Positions 55,901 to 64,000 of a DNA stretch of 64,000 nt are shown here, in pieces. Under the pieces are notes generated by a model that had not been told where the DNA came from, searched no databases, and was given only the letters and a program-made list of their open reading frames with translations. Position 1 is the first letter of the stretch; each line of letters opens with the position of its first letter. Source of the DNA: Paragordius varius (taxonomy: Eukaryota > Animalia > Nematomorpha); assembly GCA_964247055.1 (NCBI GenBank), contig OZ176059.1, positions 2,232,001-2,296,000 on the forward strand, in the 5' to 3' direction. The position numbers and the translations under genes were made by a program.

Positions 55901-57708
55901 ATTCAAATTCACCCTCAAATAAAATATATGTTTTAAAGATTAAAAATACCCATTATATTTATATATATTTTTAAAAAATAAAATTTTTGTTTTATATTAA
56001 AATACTGAAAAATATATTTTATATTAATAATGAGTTATATTAGTTTTGAAAACACGTAAATTATTTTTAGGGATTTGAATTGTTAAGGGTAAATTTGAAT
56101 TGTTCAAGGGTGAATTTGAACGGTAAATGGTATAAAAATAATTATTTAATTTTTTTTATTTACTGAAGAATACGAATACTTGTTAAAATATTGTCAAAAG
56201 TTAATATATTATATTATTATAATATATAAATTTGTCATAACCATTTTGAACTTGATTTAGCTATTGTGTTTTTTTCATTTTTTTTTTGTTTTTTTAACTA
56301 TAGAGCGACTAATTTCACATATTACGTCCATTAATTTTAATGTATAATAAATATAATTTTAAGTAATAATCCAATAGTTAAAATTGATACCATTTTAAAT
56401 GATATATCACGAACAAATTTTAATTAGAAAAAAACTGTATCTCACGTATTATTTATTATTACAGTTAAAACTAAAATCATAAAGACAAAACGTAAAAACT
56501 TTTAAAGACTAATATTTTATATGCAAAACAACCAAATTTGTTTAATTTAACCTATTTTTCTGGATGCAAAATAAAGAATAGATGTGTATAAATAGGTATA
56601 ACACTTATTAATTCATATACAATTCTACAATTGCAATAATCATACGGTAATTAAAAATATTTAGATTTTTGTTAATTCTGTTAATGTTAACTGATGAGAT
56701 GTTTTTATAGGAATATAACATGGTCACCAGTTATAACCGGTGGTGCTACAGATAGCCGCTTTTTGCGAGAAGTAATCATTATATATATATATATATATAT
56801 ACATTTATCATTATTTAGTATATATATGGTTATTAATTTTGCTATCATATTTAACGATTGTAGATTATTTGCTATTTAAAATATTGCCCTTTTCATTATT
56901 CTATTAACTTTTTAAATAAAATATATATTATAATATATATATATATATATATTAAGTTAGACACCCATAAATAGTTTAATATTGTTTAATTTTTTACTTT
57001 GAAAATATTCCATGCCGGTCCTATAAAAAATAAATCAGTTTGAGTAAATAACCTACCGCTAAATGATATATTTTATTAATTAATGACGCTTTAAAATCTG
57101 GTGTTTATAATTTAGTTAACGGATTTTGTTATTCTTCATTGTTTTTTACTAACCTTTAAAAACATTTTTTGCTATTTCATACTAGTTATAACTATGTGTT
57201 GGTTTTTTATGTTTTTTACAGATATATGTACTATACATTTAACACTATTAATTTTATAAAATATTACAGTAAAAATTGTAATTATACGGACAAAATGTGA
57301 AAATATAAAGACAAAGTTTTTTTTTCAAAAGACAACCACCATACTATTACAAACTTTAATTTATCCTATTATTATAATCATTTATTAACAATCATAATAT
57401 ATGTAATTGAGTTACCAATATACATGTCTATTTTATACTTTAGACGAGTTTAAAACAATGAGTCTTATAAAAATATTTTAGAAAATATTTGTCTTAATTT
57501 ATAGTTTTATGTTTTGTCCTCACGTATAATTTCAATTTTTACTGTTTTTTTTTCAAAGTTGGATATCCCTGCGTACGGGTTATCTCTTTTCAATGAAACA
57601 CCCCTACTAAGCCATGATAACAATGAATTTGTTAATAAGGATACATTTCTTAAGGGTATCGCCATTTATGAACGCCTCTTACAAAAATTATTGAAAACTA
57701 CGTCTTGA
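46855..57708 (+). CDS. ACY1: Aminoacylase-1-like M20A metallopeptidase; 15 exons: 46855-47134, 47364-47431, 48374-48478, 48547-48618, 50125-50147, 50374-50450, 51315-51464, 52719-52792, 53810-53859, 54462-54525, 54603-54645, 54958-55076, 55785-55864, 56711-56771, 57559-57708 (~471 aa)
   Basis: FQEYLRIKSMHPDPDY, HSHTDVV, IYARGTQDMKG, PDEEIGG, GEG, GHGSRF, VTSINLTKLKGG.AFNIVP, GGATDSRFLR, PLLSHDNNE are collinear with ACY1. Metal ligands and the catalytic Asp/Glu appear retained; phase chain consistent (1416 nt). Confidence 0.95.
50897..51159. mobile_element. hAT-Charlie-like MITE in an ACY1 intron
   Basis: CAGGGGTCCCCAAC ... GTTGGATATCCCTG; flanks ATCTAGAT and ATATAGTA are only partly similar. 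Confidence 0.65.
53252..53529. mobile_element. MITE family B (Tc1/mariner-pogo type; TIR CAGTAAAAATTGAAATTATACGGACAAAACG)
   Basis: TA|CAGTAAAAATTGGAATTATACGGACAAAA ... TTTTGTCCGTATAATTTCAGTTTTTACCG|TA. Confidence 0.85.
53895..54241. mobile_element. MITE family A copy with an expanded right-hand repeat array
   Basis: TACCATTTACA ... six or more GGG(T/G)(G/A)AATTTGAAT units ... TGTAAATGTTA. Confidence 0.85.
55096..55392. mobile_element. MITE family B copy
   Basis: TA|CAGTAAAAATTTAAATTATACG ... CGTTTTGTCCATCATAATTTCAATTATTACTG|TA. Confidence 0.75.
55890..56132. mobile_element. MITE family A copy
   Basis: TACCATATACAATTCAAATTCACCC ... GGGTGAATTTGAACGGTAAATGGTA. Confidence 0.8.
57267..57544. 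mobile_element. MITE family B copy abutting the last ACY1 acceptor
   Basis: TA|CAGTAAAAATTGTAATTATACGGACAAAA ... TTTTGTCC..CGTATAATTTCAATTTTTACTG. Confidence 0.8.
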
Positions 57709-57909
57709 AATAACCTTTTTTTTATAAAATATATATTGTTAAAATTATAATTATTATATATATTGTTACCAAATATCTAACTGTGTTAAATGTTACATTT
57801 ATCTTTAAAATTATATTAATATAATTATTGTAATGTTAACTATTGCAAGTGATTTGTTGATTAATTTTATGTTTATTATATAAAGATAATAGTTATGCAA
57901 TCAAATTAT

Positions 57910-57940
<31 letters not shown>

Positions 57941-58091
57941 CATATTTACAATCACACTTACTAGTCAAAAGTCATTTAAATCTATATATATATAATATAA
58001 AGTCTACACCTTCAAATAAATGGCTCAATTCCATCAATTTTTCAATTATTATTATTATAGTTAACAAATGTATATTATTAAGTATTATATA

Positions 58092-58378
58092 CAGTAAAAA
58101 TTGAAATTATACGGACAAAACGTAAAAATATAAAGATAAATATTTTTTTCAAAAGACAACCATACTTATTTAAACCTTAATTTTTCTCATAAATAAGCTA
58201 TTTAGTAACAATTGCAAAATAGAGAATCTGTGTAAGTAATATATATCTCTATTTCAGACTTTGCCATTTAAAACAATGAGTTATATTGGTATACAAGATT
58301 CAAAAAGTTTGGTTGTCTTTTAAAAAAATATTTTGTCTTTATATTTTCACGTTTTGTCCGTATAATTTCAATTTTTAC

Positions 58379-58380
<2 letters not shown>
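58092..58380. mobile_element. MITE family B, best-preserved copy (289 bp)
   Basis: Long, near-perfect inverted ends CAGTAAAAATTGAAATTATACGGACAAAACGT / ACGTTTTGTCCGTATAATTTCAATTTTTACTG. Confidence 0.9.
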
Positions 58381-58412
<32 letters not shown>

Positions 58413-59045
58413 AGTCCACACCTTCAATAAATGGCTCAATTTCATCTCTAATTATTAATATTAGAGATAACAAATGTATATTATTAAGTATTATATATAT
58501 AAAAATATTTAATTTATAACCCAATAAAAAATGATGTAAAAGTATGGTGTTAAATCGAATATTTTTTCTTTATATTAAAAAAAAATCACAACACAATTCA
58601 AAAAAAATTGAAAATTTACATTCAGATTTGCGGTGTAATCATTAAATGCCACAAAAAATCCGAATTTATATGGGTTTTTAAAAATAATACAATAGATTAA
58701 TATTAAATAATACTATAAAACAATCAATAAAATTGTGTCCGATATAGATAAAATTCAATGAATATATAATTGTTTAAAAATGTTAAAATTGGTCAAATTT
58801 TAGGGGGTCAATGATTATATTAAAAATTAATATTTTATAATAAAATTTAATAGTAATGAATAACAACAACAAGCGTTTTCCATGATTAGATCTTTATATT
58901 ATATATATATTTGATACCTTGTGTAGGACATTTATAAAGTAACAATATAAATGGCTAGATTTCATGTTTGATTTTTTTGGGGGGAAAAAATATAAAATTT
59001 GAGATTTATAAATTATTGTGATTACTTAAAATATAGTACCAAATT

Positions 59046-59078
<33 letters not shown>

Positions 59079-59167
59079 GTAATCGGGTGTAAAAGATATA
59101 GGTATAATGTTTAAAAGTGATTTTGTAATAATAGAAATAATTATAATTCTAAATATATTTTTTTTAC

Positions 59168-60201
59168 TTAATTAATAGAACCGTAACGTGGGTCGACTTG
59201 GTTGGCCAAGGCATTTTCAACGGAGGCTAGATATATATATATATATAAATTATAGAATTAGATAATTATTAAAATTTAAGCTTTTAAATTTACAATCACC
59301 CGGGGTATTTCTTAAAAATTTCGTACTTTGGGTTAGAAAATTCACATAACACGGGTAATTAAATTGTAAAATTTAAAAATTCATCAACATTATAATAACA
59401 TAAAAAAATATACTAAAGAAAAAGGTTTACATTCCTTTAAAATATCAAAGAATTTTTAAGTCATTAAATAATATATGTATGACATTTTTATTTATAAAAC
59501 TTGTAAAATAACTTACATATGTTTGGGTTTGAAGTGGATATTTTCCTTGTATTTTCCATGTTATTTAGCATTAGTAGATTATCATCATTATAGGTGGATT
59601 TAAGATTCATTTTAATATTAATACCATTATAATTTTTTTTAGGATTGATATCAATGTTGTTGATGTTATTGGTTAAAGAAACGGGGTTAAGATGGCTAAA
59701 ACTTTGTGGATGTTTTTTAAGCAAAACTTTATTTTCTCGTTCTTGTATCGCAATATTGTTACTTACTAAAGACTAAAGAATTATAAAATAAATATATTTA
59801 ATTTGTAAATTATAAAAGAAATAAAAATTTATTGGAAAATATATCCGTTAGGCCTCTCAAATATACTTTTATAAACGATATAAATTCACCATTGAACATT
59901 TCAAATCCACCCTGAAACAATTCTATATTCACCTTAAAATAAATGATATGTGATTTTGATGAGTCATATACCTATTTTTTTATTTTTTTCAAAAACAAAA
60001 TAAAATTTCGTTTAAAATTAATATAATACAGAAATAAACTATGCCATATAAATAAATATTTTATATATATGGTAAGTTATATAAGGCCATAAACACATAA
60101 TTTATATTTAGGAAACGAATTTGAAATGTTGAAGGGTGGTGAACACAAATTTTTTGAGGGTAAATTTGAGTTGTTCAAGGGGTAATTTGGGGTGTAAATA
60201 G

Positions 60202-60239
<38 letters not shown>

Positions 60240-60615
60240 GGATTTAACAGTTTAGACCATTTATAAAAAATGCAGCCATTAACGGTCATAACTAATCGTT
60301 TGAAACCAGAGGCGGTAAGCCCCAATGTGTAATAATTAACCACTTCTTCAAGAAAAAATCAAAACAATATTCATAAAAATAAAATAAAATGAAAATTAAA
60401 TGTTAAAATGTTTTAATCAAGTAAAAACATCATTTTATAATTAATTTGAGGTGACATCATACCTGATACCTACGAATACATTGTTTAACATTGACGCTTT
60501 CAGATTGGCCTTGAGCATTTAAATTTAAATTTGGTCCTTGAACCGTATTTCCATTCATTTTATCAATATTGTCATTATTATATGGGTATAATAATTTAGT
60601 GTTTAAATTCTATAT

Positions 60616-60651
<36 letters not shown>

Positions 60652-61707
60652 AAAAAACATATAAAATCGTTTTTTGTGTGAAATTCAATTAAAAATCAAG
60701 CCCGAACAAAACCTTAAATAAATCCGCAAGTGTATGACTTTGATAATAGGTTATAAGGTTGGACAAAGAATCAAAATTATGATTAGAAGCTATGTAATAT
60801 TGCGTGGTACAATGGTTATTATCATCATCAGTCCTTTTTTCCATTTGTGAGATTACAATGTGTTTAACACATTCTAAATATCTAATCATACATATTGTTA
60901 TTATTATTAAATAAATGATAATTAATAATAATAATGTAGGAAAAAAAGTAAATTTTAGAGCACATTTTTTAAAAAAAACCTATACAATATTATGTATTTA
61001 AAAGCATTCGTAAAAGTTTAAAGCTACCCTATTATATCACTAAAAAATTTATTTATACAGTTGCATATATATGATTCATATATATTTCAAAATTTAAATA
61101 ACTCAGATTTTTCAATAAATACTCAGGATATGTAAAAATAATTTTTATCTTATATTTTTAAGAATTGATTAACTTTAAAATATATATATGTATATATCAT
61201 TATAACAAAATTATTTAACTTAAATCCCTAATGTATAGCAATTAATATTTACTATGGCAGCCAATATATTTTATATCACTTGCTAAGCTTTTAATTTTTA
61301 GAACCGAAACATATATAACCATCTGATTAAACACAAACAATAAATATAAAATATCAGAAAATTTACTTGAGCGATAAAACATAATTGTCATTCTGTACTG
61401 ATTGTCGCACTAAAAAAGTACCTAAATTATATAGATATACAGTAAAAATCGAAATTATACGGACAAAACGTAAAAATATATAGACAAATATTTTTTTTCT
61501 AAAAAACAAACATCCTTTTTCAAACCTTAATTTATCTTGTTAAAATAATTTAATTACAATCGTACAATATTTAAATGCTTGTTTTATCAATTTACATCTT
61601 TTTATTTCCTACTTTATAGTTTGAAACAATGAGTTATCATTATAAAATATTAGATTTAAAAAGTATGGTTGTCTTTTAGAAAAAAATATTTTTCTTAATT
61701 TTTACTG

Positions 61708-61748
<41 letters not shown>

Positions 61749-61905
61749 TATATGTATATAAGATATAAAAAATACCCGATTGTAATGGTAATAATATACG
61801 TTTAGCCTGATCTCTAGTTATATAACCCATAAACCTAATGTAAAAATATAGTAGTTGAAAATTTTATAGAAACCGTATATTAAATTAAATCAAAATTTTA
61901 TACTT

Positions 61906-61951
<46 letters not shown>

Positions 61952-62727
61952 TAAAATTATGTATAAACTAAAAATTGAAATTAATCTACAGACAGACAAA
62001 ACGTAAAAACTTAAAGACAAATATTTTTGTCAAAAGACAATTATACTTTGTCAAATTTTTTTATACAATTTCATTGTGGGGTTCACCCGTTATCAGGATT
62101 TTACTTTTATTTTCATTTATAATCAGAAAATATCATTGGTTACCAATATACATTTCTATATCATATTATCCAATTTTTTCAAAAACAGCAAGTTAAAAAA
62201 AGTACAGCGCAGTCTCTTAAAAAAATTTTTGTCCTTATATATTTTCATTTTGTCCGTATTATCATCTCAATTTTTACTGTAAAAAACAACTTAAAAAGTA
62301 AAATATTTTGTTTAGAAAAAAATATAACCTATATAAATATATATATGATTCCAATTTTTTAACATTATGTTTGTTCCCACAACTATAATATTCCTTATTT
62401 GGCAAACCAAAACAATAAAAATATACATAAATAAAAATAATTTTAAAATTAAGTTGTTTTTTTTTGAATTTTTTAAACATCATATGTTTTGCTTTAATAA
62501 TTTAATATTTTTATGATATATAAATAAATTATATTTGTCTAACCAAGAATTATTTTGAGGTATTCGCAAAAAAAGTTCATCATCTATTGGAATATTTTTG
62601 TCAATATTTTCCATAATAGGTTTATCTACTATATCGATTGCGTTTAAATGGTTAGGGCTTTCAAGTATACCTTTCGGTGAGGATTTTGAAACATTAGAAT
62701 CGTGTTTTAACTTATTTTTGTTATTAA
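59168..62727 (-). CDS. 3' part of an SH2-domain protein, Vav-like SH2; exons 62727-62544, 61834-61776, 61421-61367, 60881-60713, 60609-60474, 59765-59517, 59226-59168; upstream exons not resolved
   Basis: Spliced SH2 reads WFMGYITRDQAKRILL..SGTFLVRQS..YVLSLKY..VKHIVI..FDSLSNLITYYQSHTLADLFKNLNTKLLYPY. The FLVR arginine is intact and the C-terminal half resembles Vav SH2 (YY..SL..F..L.T.L..P). Phase chain consistent through to TAA at 59168. Confidence 0.8.
61440..61707. mobile_element. MITE family B copy (a further one at ~61967-62279)
   Basis: TA|CAGTAAAAATCGAAATTATACGGACAAAACG ... AATTTTTACTG|TA. Confidence 0.8.
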
Positions 62728-62733
62728 CTAAAG

Positions 62734-62736
<3 letters not shown>

Positions 62737-62807
<71 letters not shown>
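62737..62807. repeat. (TA)n microsatellite, one of the longest of many (others near 1131, 13588, 14548, 18575, 28747, 33327, 34034, 49021, 50295, 52812, 60205, 61905)
   Basis: Seen directly. Confidence 0.95.
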
Positions 62808-62811
<4 letters not shown>

Positions 62812-62859
62812 CTTACAGTCATGTATCCTTTGTTTTATTAAAAATTTATTTTTTTTGCG

Positions 62860-63010
62860 TTAAATGGGTCGGTATAAATATTTGGTAAAGAATGAAAAAA
62901 ACAAAGGCTCTATGGTAATTCTTATATATTTTTTAATAAATATCATATTGTTAAAACCATAGAGCTCTTGTTTTTTCCATTCTTTACCAAATAATTATAC
63001 CCCCATTTAA
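62860..63010. repeat. ~150 bp near-perfect palindrome (small MITE or hairpin)
   Basis: TTAAATGGG..GGTATA..TATTTGGTAAAGAATG..GCTCTATGG pairs with CCATAGAGC..CATTCTTTACCAAATA..TATACC..CCCATTTAA. Confidence 0.85.
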
Positions 63011-64000
63011 AGAAAGAATATAAATTTAATAAAAAATATATGACTGTAAATGAAAAATTGGAAGATACAGATATATAAAATAATATTTTATAACATCGGT
63101 TTTTGATACTATTAAATATATATATATATATATATATATTTATTCTTATGCGTTGAAATTACAACCGTATTATTTTTAAATAATAATAATATATACCATT
63201 TACAATTTCCAAATTCACCCTTGAACAAGTGAAATTTACTCTAAAAATCAATTATGAATTTTCGCGCGGTTAATATAACTTAAGATATGTTATTGAATAA
63301 AAAAATATATTGCTTTTACTATCCAGTATTTACTAACAAATTTCATTTTAAATAAAAATGGTTCTTTTTACAAATTTTACGTAGGACTTATTGGTTTTTT
63401 TAAGCTGGTAAATGGCAACATTTACTATTCTTTTTTCACCTAAAATAATATCGGTTATATTTTTATAAATTTCTAAGATAAATGTTTTTTTAAATTACAT
63501 AATTCATATATATATAAAATATAAACATATTAATATATTTATTTAATATTAATAATTGTTTTATTATTAATAATAATTTTTCCTTTCTCCATTTTAAGCT
63601 TTGTGCGAGTTCAATATACAGAGATGTGGATTCCTTTTTACCTTTTCCAAAATTATATAAATACTCGGTTTTGAATCCTTCGTTTCAGAATTGATATTCT
63701 TAAATTAAATAATTATACTCGGATAATCTTTCAAATAAAGGTTTTTCATATCAAAAATTAATAATTGCAATTTGATTTTCCAAGTTTATGTTTTAATTTT
63801 TCCAGATTCGAAATTATCGAACTTTACTTTGATTTGGTGTTTCATGTTGTTAATTTTTTTTCTGATTTAATATATGTTCAGATATTTGTCATTCATATTT
63901 TTAATTTCGACTTGTATTTATATATTATATGGATATATATATATATATATATATATTTATGTATCATTACTTTGTTTTTTTTATTGAGATTGTATAACTT

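Noticed and set aside
60077-60343. 88-aa minus-strand ORF inside the SH2 gene
   Set aside because: It runs through a (TA)n tract and a MITE A end, and is not needed for the phase-consistent exon chain.
62598-62888. 96-aa plus-strand ORF
   Set aside because: It is the antisense shadow of exon 62727-62544 extended by YIYI from the (TA)n repeat.

Overview
Very AT-rich, intron-rich eukaryotic (metazoan-type) genomic DNA; no prokaryotic features, RNA genes or CRISPR arrays were recognised. By hand-splicing GT..AG exons with consistent phases I can rebuild six protein-coding genes: a divergent rhodopsin-class peptide GPCR (+, 6159-8641), a secreted inhibitory-type serpin (-, 15592-17085), an 11-exon ATF6-like bZIP factor that seems to stop right after the zipper (+, 21275-27831), an OST3/OST6 (MAGT1/TUSC3) subunit with large insertions (-, 29485-37678), a 15-exon aminoacylase-1 (M20A) with an N-terminal extension (+, 46855-57708), and the 3' part of a Vav-like SH2 gene (-, 59168-62727, 5' end not resolved). 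Other content: a ~2.7-2.9 kb diverged duplication of the bZIP upstream region plus exon 1 that brackets the serpin, a Gypsy RT fragment, several MITE families and many (TA)n tracts. The most unusual structures are a 3.4 kb hAT (Blackjack-like) element with a perfect 8-bp TSD that carries an inverted, abridged copy of its own transposase, and a piggyBac-like MITE nested in the matching TTAA site of another copy of itself. All gene models are manual predictions without RNA evidence, and family assignments rest on recalled motifs, not database searches.
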